This document shows positions 44,085 to 52,536 of a stretch of 64,000 nt of DNA, piece after piece; within the stretch, counting starts at the first letter, position 1; each line of letters begins with the position of its first letter. A program made the translations under genes and the position numbers. Source of the DNA: Woeseiaceae bacterium (GTDB taxonomy: Bacteria; Pseudomonadota; Gammaproteobacteria; Steroidobacterales; Woeseiaceae); assembly GCA_965224645.1 (NCBI GenBank), contig OZ245053.1, positions 3,350,881-3,414,880 on the forward strand, given 5' to 3'. The notes under the pieces were generated by a model. The model had not been told where the DNA came from. It saw only the letters and a program-made list of their open reading frames with translations, and searched no databases.

Positions 44085-44816
44085 ATGAGCAACATTTTAT
44101 CTTCGGCTGTTCATTCTCTATTGAAAGGGATGCGTCGTTTCGCATTCTTGATTGTTTTGTTTGGCAGCCTGCCTGCGGGTGCGGTGGAGTGGGGCGGTTA
44201 CGCGACCGTAACGTCCGACTACGTCAAGCGTGGCGTCAGCCAGAGCGACTCCAGTCCCGCCGTACAGCTGGGTCTCGATATTTCCTGGGAGTCGGGTTTC
44301 TTCGCTGGCGCGTGGGCATCAACAGTCGATATCTGGAACGGACCCGGCCGACAGCGCGATGCAGAAACCAACCTGTACCTGGGCTTCCAGCAATCGCTGG
44401 GCGACGCTTGGCTGGGGTCAGTCAGCGTCGTCTCCTACGACTATCCGCGCCAGACCGGTGACGTGGACTACGCCTATATCGAGTACAAGGTTGCGGCCAG
44501 CTATAAGGATTTCATCTGGATCGAGTACGCCCACTCACCGGATCTGTATAACAGCGGGCAGCACTCGCACAACATCGAATTGCTGGCCGAGATCGATATT
44601 GCTCATGCGTGGACGGCAAGCGGCGGTGTAGGGCACTACGATGTTAGTGACCTGACCGGCGAGGACTACGCCTACTGGCAACTCGGCGCTACGTGGCACG
44701 CGCGCTATGCCGACATCGACATCCGGTATCACGATACGAGTAAGCCGGTATTTATCATCAGCACACCCGATCGTGCCCGCGCCCGTATCGCCGTAAGCAT
44801 AAGCGTTCCGTTCTAA
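44085..44816 (+). CDS. TorF-family (TIGR02001-type) putative outer-membrane porin
   Basis: It has a signal peptide MRRFAFLIVLFGSLPAGA. GGYATVTSDYVKRGVSQSDSSPAVQLGLDISWESGFFAGAWAS matches the family N-terminal signature. The sequence ends in Phe. Start is uncertain (44043, 44085 or 44130). Confidence 0.75.
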   Translation: MSNILSSAVHSLLKGMRRFAFLIVLFGSLPAGAVEWGGYATVTSDYVKRGVSQSDSSPAVQLGLDISWESGFFAGAWASTVDIWNGPGRQRDAETNLYLGFQQSLGDAWLGSVSVVSYDYPRQTGDVDYAYIEYKVAASYKDFIWIEYAHSPDLYNSGQHSHNIELLAEIDIAHAWTASGGVGHYDVSDLTGEDYAYWQLGATWHARYADIDIRYHDTSKPVFIISTPDRARARIAVSISVPF

Positions 44817-46024
44817 TCCTCGCAGCGAATCTCGTTGTCGACTGCAGCCAGTGCCTCGCACGCGCTGATCGACAGCGGCGACGTACGTTGCGACGCTGAC
44901 AAGGTTTGTCGAATCGATTCTTGCGGCTGCTCTGGAAACACTGATCGCAATAGTGCCACCACGCCGCTGACGTGTGCAGCAGACAACGAACTGCCCGACC
45001 GGAACGCATACTGGTCCTCCGGAATCGCCACCATGATTTCGTCGCCGGGCGCGAACAGTGCGTCGCCGTCTTGTGCGAGCTGCTCGTCATTGCCCAGGAT
45101 GCGCCCGATGCCGATGACCTCATCCATATTCGCCGGAAAGTCGCTGTCCTCGTTTCTTGCCGAAACGACGACGATACCCGCGTCGACGGCTTTCCCAATC
45201 AATCGGCCAAGCAGCCGGTCCCGCGGTCCGACAAGGCTCAAATTTATCACGTCGGGTGGGTCAGCGAGGACTCGGTCGAGGGCCTTTGACAACGAAAAGC
45301 TGTCGCACACAACACGGTCGTCATCACGCCAGCAAGACACGTAAATCTCAAGCGCCGCTTCGGGTGCCACGCCGACAATACCAAGGGCGTTGTTCGATCG
45401 CGCCCCAATAACGCTGGCCACTGCCGTCCCATGATCGGCGTCGACGGACTTGCCGGCACTCGCAAAATTTTCCTGCAACGCGATACGGCCGGTGAGGTCT
45501 TCGTGCGTGTCGTCGGCGAAACTGTCAATAATGGCAACGCGCACGCCAGCGCCGCGGGTGTAACGATGCGCCGCGTCAATGCCAAGCATGCGCAGCGGGT
45601 ACTGCATTCCGGCATACGGATCGTTGTAGCCATCATCAAGACGCGTTTCAAACTCCTGCAGCCGTTGCGCCGACTCGACACGCTTGTCTGATGCCAGAGC
45701 CGCAATCAACGCATCCCTGTCGATGCCGTCCGGCACCCGGTAGACGAAACAGTAAATCGACAGCGAACGAATCGGCCAGTGATCGATTTCATTGAGGCCG
45801 TGTTCGGCGGCGACCGCTTTGGACAATCGCCGAACTTCGCGGCTGATTGCGTAACGCTTGCGGAACCGATATGGCGAGCCGCCACCCGCATGTGCGACTC
45901 GTGCGCCGTCGTTATCGAACGTCACGAGGATGTCACGCTCAGGATCCGGGAGCTCGGACTGCGCATGCGCCGGAGCCACGCCACAAAGCGCCGCGAACAA
46001 CAGCAGGCACGCGAGTGTCTTCAC
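44813..46024 (-). CDS. Secreted S8-family (subtilisin-like) serine peptidase with N-terminal pro-domain-like region
   Basis: It has a signal peptide MKTLACLLLFAALCGVAPAHA. The catalytic triad contexts are VAIIDSFAD (Asp), DHGTAVASVIG (His) and SGSSLSAAHVSGVVALL (Ser). It is last in the sigma / anti-sigma operon. Confidence 0.9.
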   Translation of the reverse strand: MKTLACLLLFAALCGVAPAHAQSELPDPERDILVTFDNDGARVAHAGGGSPYRFRKRYAISREVRRLSKAVAAEHGLNEIDHWPIRSLSIYCFVYRVPDGIDRDALIAALASDKRVESAQRLQEFETRLDDGYNDPYAGMQYPLRMLGIDAAHRYTRGAGVRVAIIDSFADDTHEDLTGRIALQENFASAGKSVDADHGTAVASVIGARSNNALGIVGVAPEAALEIYVSCWRDDDRVVCDSFSLSKALDRVLADPPDVINLSLVGPRDRLLGRLIGKAVDAGIVVVSARNEDSDFPANMDEVIGIGRILGNDEQLAQDGDALFAPGDEIMVAIPEDQYAFRSGSSLSAAHVSGVVALLRSVFPEQPQESIRQTLSASQRTSPLSISACEALAAVDNEIRCED

Positions 46025-46659
46025 CGGACAGGCACCTGAACCGCAACGAATTCCGCTTCGGCGATTTCATCATTCTTGCTGAGTCGGTCGGCAAATGCTG
46101 CCAAGTCGTCCAATGATCGCGGGGGCAACTCGACGACGACACGTGCTGAGTCATCATCGCTACCGGACGAGATCCGCTGGCCTATGCCCTGCAACACGGT
46201 CGACCGGCGCTCCTCAGAGACACCCGGTTCGAACGTAATTTCCACGACGTACTGCACTGCGCCAGCCTGGCTATCAGATGTCGCGGCCTCGAACGTCTCA
46301 TTGGGTTGTTCGTCGTCAAGAATTACAGAAACCAGCCAGAGTGCCGGCAACACCAAAACAATTGCTGCAGCAACTCGCCAGTTGGACCGTGATGTTCGAG
46401 GCTGCGATTCACTGGCCCTGGCGATGACGTCGGCCGCCGTCAGCTTGCTTGAAATGGGTGACGGTGCATCCGCAGTTACGGCCGAGCGCATTTTCTCAAA
46501 CGCGCGAACGTCCGACTGGCAGGTTTCGCAGGACTCGATATGGTCGCGCACAGCACGATGCTCCGCAGGACTCAGGGTCCCGTTCGCGTACCACGGCAAC
46601 AATTCGTTGCATCGCTTGTGTTCGTCAATGGCGAGGGGTTCATTCATCGTCATTGCCAA
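46021..46659 (-). CDS. Anti-sigma factor (zf-HC2 type, single-pass membrane)
   Basis: The N-terminal HKRCNELLPWYANGTLSPAEHRAVRDHIESCETC is a zf-HC2 motif. It has a central TM helix VAAAIVLVLPALWLVSVIL and overlaps both neighbouring genes. Confidence 0.8.
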   Translation of the reverse strand: MAMTMNEPLAIDEHKRCNELLPWYANGTLSPAEHRAVRDHIESCETCQSDVRAFEKMRSAVTADAPSPISSKLTAADVIARASESQPRTSRSNWRVAAAIVLVLPALWLVSVILDDEQPNETFEAATSDSQAGAVQYVVEITFEPGVSEERRSTVLQGIGQRISSGSDDDSARVVVELPPRSLDDLAAFADRLSKNDEIAEAEFVAVQVPVR

Positions 46660-47194
46660 GATACTCCTTAAGGGCGCGTCGCGCGTGAAACATGCGTGTC
46701 TTTACCGTATTGAGCGGCGTGTCCGTTGCCTTCGCCGTCTCTTGGTATGTGAGGCCTGCGTAGAAAACGAGCATTACCGTTAACTGGTGGCTGGGCGACA
46801 GCTTGCCGATGCTGTGCTGCACCCAGTCTTCCCGCTCAAGGTTCGGCGCATCGGTCGCTTCCAGGGAGGCCGCCGATAAAGGCAGCCAACGCGGCCGGCG
46901 TTTGCGCATGCGATCGAGCGACTTCCGATACGCAATGCCGTAAATCCACGTCGAGACGCGCGAATCGCCTCGAAAGGTATGCGCCTTGGTCCAAACCACA
47001 AGCAGGATGTCGCTAACGACCTCCTCGGACGTCCGGTACGAGCCCGTCAGCCGGTAAACAAAGCGGAACAGTCTGGGTTGGTACGTCTCGAACAGGCGCT
47101 CGAAGGCAGCCGCGTCGCCGTCCGCAACAAGTTCCATCAATCGGCGCTCGCGAACGTCGTCGCTGCCTGGCATGGCCTGCGATTTCGCGTTCAT
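46640..47194 (-). CDS. ECF (group IV) RNA polymerase sigma-70 factor
   Basis: It has region 2 (FERLFETYQPRLFRFVYRLTGS...DILLVVW) and a region 4 HTH (LTYQETAKATDTPLNTVKTRMFHARRALK). The internal ATG 47194 is preferred. Confidence 0.9.
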   Translation of the reverse strand: MNAKSQAMPGSDDVRERRLMELVADGDAAAFERLFETYQPRLFRFVYRLTGSYRTSEEVVSDILLVVWTKAHTFRGDSRVSTWIYGIAYRKSLDRMRKRRPRWLPLSAASLEATDAPNLEREDWVQHSIGKLSPSHQLTVMLVFYAGLTYQETAKATDTPLNTVKTRMFHARRALKEYLGNDDE

Positions 47195-47217
47195 ACCTGT
47201 TAGTGGGCCATTACACC

Positions 47218-47248
47218 CCAAAAGGTTCATTCGATTTGAACCTTTTGG
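47218..47248. promoter_or_regulatory. Perfect 12-bp inverted repeat in the divergent intergenic region; possible back-to-back ECF -35 elements or operator
   Basis: The sequence is CCAAAAGGTTCA-ttcgatt-TGAACCTTTTGG. Each arm reads TGAACC outward, like the GAAC core of ECF -35 boxes. A CGAC follows the rightward arm after about 17 nt. Confidence 0.4.
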
Positions 47249-47298
47249 GCGCGATTCGGCGACTTACCACGAAACAGTCAAAACAACAGGTGCCTGCC

Positions 47299-48501
47299 AT
47301 GCCCCGATCGACGCTGATACGTAACCAGCCCCCCCATCTCGTCGCTGCCTTCATTGTCGCCGCCTGCGGTGGCGGTGGTGGTGGTGATGGAGGTGGCGGC
47401 GGCAACCCACCGCCCCCGTCAACGTTCAACCCGGTATTTTCGGAGATCCAGACAAACGTATTCACACCAACCTGCGCTGTTTCGGGTTGCCACCAGGGCG
47501 CCGGCGCCCCGCAGGGGTTGCGGCTCGACGAAGCCAACAGCTACGGGTTGCTCGTAGACCAACCAAGTTCGCAAGTGCCGTCGCTCGACAGAGTAGAACC
47601 GGGCGATCCGAACAACAGCTACCTGGTGCAAAAACTCGAGGGTACAGCGTCGGTTGGCCAGCGGATGCCACTAAACGCCAGCGCTCTGCCGCAGTCCACG
47701 ATCAATATTGTTCGTCAGTGGATTACGGACGGCGCGACTGACGATCGTGCGCCGTCACCCGACCCGATCCGGGTAACATCACTCGTGCCGGATCCGGACA
47801 GCGACCTGACTGCGGCACCGACCGAGATCGTCGCGTCGTTCGACCGCGAGCTGAACACCACCTCGGTCGACATCAATACATTCCTGCTCGAGGCGAGCGG
47901 TGGCGATGGCACGTTCGGCGACGGTAATGAAACGTCAATCGCGGCGACGTCCATCATGACGTCCGGTACGCCGCCGATGACTGCGACGTTTGACCTGTCG
48001 GGCGCCAGCCTTTCCGATGACACATATCGTGTTCGACTGCTCGGTGACGGCGGAACCGTTATCCAGGACATCGACGGTAACGCGCTGGATGGTGAGTTCA
48101 GTGGCACATTCCCGTCGGGCGACGGCGCGGCTGGTGGCGATTTCGAAGCGATGTTCACACTGACCACGGCCACCTCCGGTGCGACGCTGGACGAAATCCA
48201 GTCGGCTGTTTTCACGTCAACTTGTGCAGGATGTCACTCCGGCCCGACGAGCACTACGTTGCCCGCCGGAATGGACCTGTCCGACGCTGACGCAAGTTTC
48301 AACGCCTTGGTCGGCGTTGCCAGCGTTCAGGAGCCCGCGATAGTGCGCGTAGCGGCCAACGATCCGGACAACAGTTACCTGATCCAGAAACTCGAAGGTA
48401 CCGCGAGTACCGGACAGCGCATGCCAGTGGGCGGGCCGTTTCTCGATCAGGCCACGATGGATGATATTCGTCAGTGGATCAGCGATGGGGCGAACCGCTG
48501 A
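47299..48501 (+). CDS. Lipoprotein with two PSCyt1-like (planctomycete cytochrome c-like) modules flanking an Ig-like domain
   Basis: The lipobox is FIVAAC, followed by a Gly/Pro linker. Module 1 is VFTPTCAVSGCHQG...DPNNSYLVQKLEGTASVGQRMP...RQWITDGA. Module 2 is VFTSTCAGCHSG...DPDNSYLIQKLEGTASTGQRMP...RQWISDGA. The middle segment GNALDGEFSGTFPSGDGAAGGDF is typical of bacterial Ig-like domains. Confidence 0.75.
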   Translation: MPRSTLIRNQPPHLVAAFIVAACGGGGGGDGGGGGNPPPPSTFNPVFSEIQTNVFTPTCAVSGCHQGAGAPQGLRLDEANSYGLLVDQPSSQVPSLDRVEPGDPNNSYLVQKLEGTASVGQRMPLNASALPQSTINIVRQWITDGATDDRAPSPDPIRVTSLVPDPDSDLTAAPTEIVASFDRELNTTSVDINTFLLEASGGDGTFGDGNETSIAATSIMTSGTPPMTATFDLSGASLSDDTYRVRLLGDGGTVIQDIDGNALDGEFSGTFPSGDGAAGGDFEAMFTLTTATSGATLDEIQSAVFTSTCAGCHSGPTSTTLPAGMDLSDADASFNALVGVASVQEPAIVRVAANDPDNSYLIQKLEGTASTGQRMPVGGPFLDQATMDDIRQWISDGANR

Positions 48502-49613
48502 TGGCCCGGCGTAGCCGGGTGAGTACCGGGTTCGTCGCGGCGATGTTTGCCTGGGCGATGATTCTGCTGGTGCCAGGGAAGGCGTTTGCGGAACCCTATA
48601 TCGCTGTTGACAAGGGCATGCAGTGTTCAGCCTGCCACGTCCATCCTGGCGGTGGCGGCAAGCGCAATGTTTACGGAAACGTCTACAGCCAGTCGGAGTT
48701 CGCAGCGACTCGTGTTGGAAACGACGAAGCGGCCCTCTGGACCGGCGAGCTTGCCAAGTGGTTTGCGGTCGGCGGCAATGTGCGCGGCGGTTACGAGTAC
48801 GTTGATGTTCCCGGCCAGGACGCGAGTTCGGAGTTCGACATTTCCCGGGCGACGATCTTCCTCGAAGCCAGCATCATTCCGGGTCGCCTTACGATCTATG
48901 TCGACCAGCAAGTTGCACCGTCGGCGAGCATCAACCGGGAAGCCTATGTTCGTGTCAATTCCACATCCGGTAAATGGTGGCTGGCCGTGGGCCAATTCTT
49001 TCAGACGTATGGCCTGCGCCTGCAGGACGACACGGCTTTCGTGCGCCGCGCAACGGGCGTGACCTTCGACAACCCGGATCGCGGTGTGCAGGTTGGCTTC
49101 GAGTCCGGTGCGTGGTCGACGATGGCATCAATTACGAACGGCTCGGGTGGTGGCAGTGAAACTGATACCGGTAAGCAGTTCGCTGTTACTTCAAGCTACG
49201 TGCAGCCCGGATGGCGTGCGGGACTGAGTGCGAGCCTCAATGATGCTTTGGGAGGTGATAGGGAGATGGTCGGAGCGTTTGCCGGCATTCGTACCGGGCC
49301 GATTGCTTGGCTGGGTGAGATTGACCGCGTGTCGGACGACTTGTCCCCAGGTGTCACGCGTACGGCACTGGCCGGGTTGATCGAAGCCAACTGGAAGTTC
49401 AGGCGCGGCCATAACCTGAAGGTTTCGTATGACGTGCTTGACCCGGACGATGATGCGGGTGGCGATCGCGAGGTGCGATACAGCCTTGTCTGGGAGTACT
49501 CGCCGATCCAATTCTTGCAAGGTCGGATCGGTGCGAGGTTGTATGACGGCCCGGGTGAATCCGGATTTGCAAACCGCGAATCATTGTTTGCGGAACTGCA
49601 CGGTTTTTTCTGA
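48501..49613 (+). CDS. Outer-membrane beta-barrel protein with an N-terminal CxxCH heme-binding motif (fused cytochrome-porin candidate)
   Basis: Its ATG overlaps the upstream stop (TGATG). The signal peptide ends KAFA-EP. The mature N-terminus is EPYIAVDKGMQCSACHVHPGGGGKRNVYG. The remaining about 320 aa show alternating beta-strand patterns and a C-terminal ELHGFF (terminal aromatic). Confidence 0.7.
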   Translation: MARRSRVSTGFVAAMFAWAMILLVPGKAFAEPYIAVDKGMQCSACHVHPGGGGKRNVYGNVYSQSEFAATRVGNDEAALWTGELAKWFAVGGNVRGGYEYVDVPGQDASSEFDISRATIFLEASIIPGRLTIYVDQQVAPSASINREAYVRVNSTSGKWWLAVGQFFQTYGLRLQDDTAFVRRATGVTFDNPDRGVQVGFESGAWSTMASITNGSGGGSETDTGKQFAVTSSYVQPGWRAGLSASLNDALGGDREMVGAFAGIRTGPIAWLGEIDRVSDDLSPGVTRTALAGLIEANWKFRRGHNLKVSYDVLDPDDDAGGDREVRYSLVWEYSPIQFLQGRIGARLYDGPGESGFANRESLFAELHGFF

Positions 49614-49648
49614 AGACTGCAATCGGCGACAGCCCGTCGTCGAAAGGC

Positions 49649-49915
49649 CAAGGTCAACCCTACGTGGTAGCCGTTGTGCTTGCGGATGTTCGGGACACGG
49701 TTGTCGTCGAAGATCAGGTATTGGCCCTTGATACCAGCGAGGATGCCCTCGAATACCGGACACTTGTCGAAGTCCACAATCCTCACCTTATCGGGGTAGT
49801 GTTCGACGGGATACTCGATCGAGCAGACGGTGTTGTCCGAGTCGATGTACTGCTGCGGCTCGGCGTCGACTGACGCGTTCGCAGAAGTGCAGGCGACCCA
49901 GATCCCGACGGCCAT
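49649..49915 (-). pseudogene. 3' fragment of a DUF2797-family gene
   Basis: IEYPVEHYPDKVRIVDFDKCPVFEGILAGIKGQYLIFDDNRVPNIRKHNGYHV matches my memory of the DUF2797 C-terminus (GIKGQYL...NIRK..GY). The N-terminal zinc-ribbon part is absent. The track ORF 49196..49975 simply reads on through the antisense of the porin gene. Confidence 0.4.
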
Positions 49916-50105
49916 CAATCCATCTTTTCGCAATCTTGCTGATCGACCGACTACCGGGGCCCTGTCTCCCATCACGCCATCTGCAGTAAATCAATCTTCC
50001 GGGCTATTTCACACCAGCTAATCCGAGGGCCAGCGACGCAAGAGCGATATGGCCTGCTCCGTTTTCTGGAGCACATGAGCACACACTTGCATCGGTGGAC
50101 CATAC

Positions 50106-50924
50106 GTGAGAGAATTTATCTCAATTATGGGTACAACCAAACAACTGGTCCTGACAGCTTTTCGTGTCATTTTTCGTCCATTGGCGGGCATTCTGCTACG
50201 GGCGGGCGTGACATGGCGCGAAGTTGTGGATCTTGGCAAGGCCACGTACGTGGACGTCGCAACGCGTGAGTTCGGGATACGGGGACGTCCGACGAATATC
50301 TCGAGAGTCTCAATCATGACTGGGCTGACGCGCCGCGAAGTTTCCCGACTGCGCAAGCTGGTGCATGACGCCGATTTGAGCGTCATTGACAGCATGAACC
50401 ACGCCACCAGGGTGCTCAGTGGGTGGCATTCGGATCCGGATTTTTCGGACGCGATGGGGTCGCCGTCGCCGCTCACAATAAAAGGATCGACTGTTTCGTT
50501 CGAGTCTTTGTGCAGGCGATACGTAGGCGACGTACCGCCAACGACAATGTTGAAAGAGCTGATGCATGTGGGCGCTGTCGAGGCCAACAAGGATGGCATG
50601 GTGGAAGCGAAAATGCGTACCTACATGCCTCGGCAACTCGACGCCGCGCAGATCCTGAGTTCGGGTAGCGTCCTGGAGGACATAGGCAATACGGTTGCCT
50701 ACAACTTATACCGTTCAGGGGACGATATGCCCAAGTTTGAACGGCGTGCGACGAATACGAGGGTGAAGGCTGATGCGGTCCCCCAGTTTCAGCTGTTTCT
50801 CGAAAAAGAGGGCCAAGAATTCCTGGAACGGGTTGATGCCTGGCTCACAGAGCATGAAGCAGATGACCACGACGACAAAGATACGGTTCGTCTGGGTCTC
50901 GGTGCTTATTGGATTGAAGGATGA
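50106..50924 (+). CDS. Hypothetical cytoplasmic protein, possible wHTH (resembles proteins annotated DUF6502; unverified)
   Basis: 272 aa ORF with coding-like composition, translationally coupled to the next gene by a 4-nt overlap. SRVSIMTGLTRREVSRLRK looks like an HTH. No catalytic motifs were seen. Confidence 0.5.
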   Translation: MREFISIMGTTKQLVLTAFRVIFRPLAGILLRAGVTWREVVDLGKATYVDVATREFGIRGRPTNISRVSIMTGLTRREVSRLRKLVHDADLSVIDSMNHATRVLSGWHSDPDFSDAMGSPSPLTIKGSTVSFESLCRRYVGDVPPTTMLKELMHVGAVEANKDGMVEAKMRTYMPRQLDAAQILSSGSVLEDIGNTVAYNLYRSGDDMPKFERRATNTRVKADAVPQFQLFLEKEGQEFLERVDAWLTEHEADDHDDKDTVRLGLGAYWIEG

Positions 50925-50944
50925 ATTTTGTGGAGGAAATCGGA

Positions 50945-52399
50945 ATGAAGAAATTTGCTACAGCAGTCATGATCGTACTGCTCTTTGTATCAGGTTGCGG
51001 CGGGTCCGGTGGTGGGGATGGCGAAACCACGGCACCGCCTCCCACGGGAGGTATCGACGCCCGAGGGGTCGCTGTCGGTCCGGTATCGACGTTCGGCAGC
51101 GTCGTCGTAAACGGAGTGACCTACAACACCGATTCGGCAACTTTCACCGTAAATGACCAGTCTGGCACCCAGTCAGACCTCGCCGTCGGCGATATTGTGA
51201 CAGTCGTAGGAACTATAGACAGTAATGGCTCAACCGGTACTGCGGAAACCGTGTCTTACGACGATGTTGCGAAAGGACCGGTTCAAAGTATCGACTTAGT
51301 TGGTCGCACCCTGGTTGTGCTGGGCCAAGACGTACTCGTTAGTCCGGACACATCATTTGACGACGGGTTCAATCCTGCCTCGCTCGAGGGGGTCAGCGTC
51401 GGACAGATCGTCGAAGTAAGCGGTCAGTTCAACGCATCAGGCGATATTGTCGCGACGCGCATCGAACCTAAACCCGCGGGAACGCAATTCGAAGTTCACG
51501 GCACGGTAAGCAATCTCGATACGGTCAACTTGAAGTTCAACCTGAGCAACCTGGTTGTCGACTACTCGTCGGCGACCCTCGATGACTTCAACGGCGGGCA
51601 GATTAGCGACGGAGATTTCGTCGAAGCAAAAGGCACGTCGGTTGGCGCTGCGGACGAACTTGTCGCCGCGTCAGTCGAGTTGGAGTCCCTGACGCCTGAT
51701 ACGGAAGATGGCGACCACGTGGAAGTTGAAGGCTTTATTGATCGGCTCGCATCCAGTACGGACTTCGACGTCGCCGGTTTCACCGTTACTACGAATGCAA
51801 GCACTGTTTTCGAAGGCGGCACTGAGGCGGACCTTGGGCTGAATATCAAAGTTGAAGTCGAAGGAGACGTTGATGCCAATGGCTTTGTCGTTGCTACGAA
51901 AGTGGATATTCGGCGTGCCAAAGCTGTACGAGCGATAGCGCTGGTCGATTCGGTTGACGCTGCCAATAATTCAGTTGTGCTGCTCGGTATCACTGTCAAT
52001 ACCGACGAGCTTACTCGATTCGAGGACAAGAGTTCCGCAGACGTTGACCCGATGTCCGTAAACGACATAAACGCTGGCGACTATGTGGAAGTACGTGGCG
52101 ATGAGTTCCCGGCTGGCAGCGGCAGCATCCTTGCAACGATTTTTGAACGCGAGGATCCGGATACCGAGGCGATCCTACAGGGTTTCGTTGAATCAAGCAC
52201 CGACCCGGAATTCTCGATCCTCGGTGTCACGATTCGGACCGACGGTTCCACAGTCTTCAGAGACGAGAACGACGTCGTGATTTCGAGTACGGACTTCTTT
52301 ACCCGACTCGCTGTGAACGACCTGGTGAAAGCCGAAGGAACAGAAGTGTCGGACAAGACGATCACTGCAACGGAAGTGGAGTTTGAGCTGGAGTTCTAA
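50945..52399 (+). CDS. Lipoprotein built of repeated DUF5666-like beta domains
   Basis: MKKFATAVMIVLLFVSGC is a lipobox, followed by a Gly-rich linker. Repeated units of the type GxVxxxxxxxxxxVxGxxVxxxxxTxF (for example FGSVVVNGVTYNTDSATF, LVVLGQDVLVSPDTSF, VVLLGITVNTDELTRF, FSILGVTIRTDGSTVF) follow. Confidence 0.7.
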   Translation: MKKFATAVMIVLLFVSGCGGSGGGDGETTAPPPTGGIDARGVAVGPVSTFGSVVVNGVTYNTDSATFTVNDQSGTQSDLAVGDIVTVVGTIDSNGSTGTAETVSYDDVAKGPVQSIDLVGRTLVVLGQDVLVSPDTSFDDGFNPASLEGVSVGQIVEVSGQFNASGDIVATRIEPKPAGTQFEVHGTVSNLDTVNLKFNLSNLVVDYSSATLDDFNGGQISDGDFVEAKGTSVGAADELVAASVELESLTPDTEDGDHVEVEGFIDRLASSTDFDVAGFTVTTNASTVFEGGTEADLGLNIKVEVEGDVDANGFVVATKVDIRRAKAVRAIALVDSVDAANNSVVLLGITVNTDELTRFEDKSSADVDPMSVNDINAGDYVEVRGDEFPAGSGSILATIFEREDPDTEAILQGFVESSTDPEFSILGVTIRTDGSTVFRDENDVVISSTDFFTRLAVNDLVKAEGTEVSDKTITATEVEFELEF

Positions 52400-52536
52400 C
52401 AAGTAGGAGAAGCTTCGGGCCGGGATGACAGGACCGTCATCCCAGCTTCGCAGCCACCGCGGCATCAGATCGACCATGTGTCGGCATCGGGCAGGCGCCG
52501 CGATCCAAATTCGACATAGAGCGAGGTGGACTGGTA

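Noticed and set aside
49196-49975. A 259-aa protein on the minus strand overlapping the 3' end of the beta-barrel gene
   Set aside because: Only residues about 21-109 resemble anything (the DUF2797 C-terminus). The rest is read-through antisense to gene 48501..49613. I treated it as a gene fragment.
52422-52443. The hairpin GGGATGAC-aggacc-GTCATCCC after the DUF5666 gene as a rho-independent terminator
   Set aside because: It has a good 8-bp stem but no downstream T-run. It may still pause or terminate transcription, but I did not list it as a terminator.
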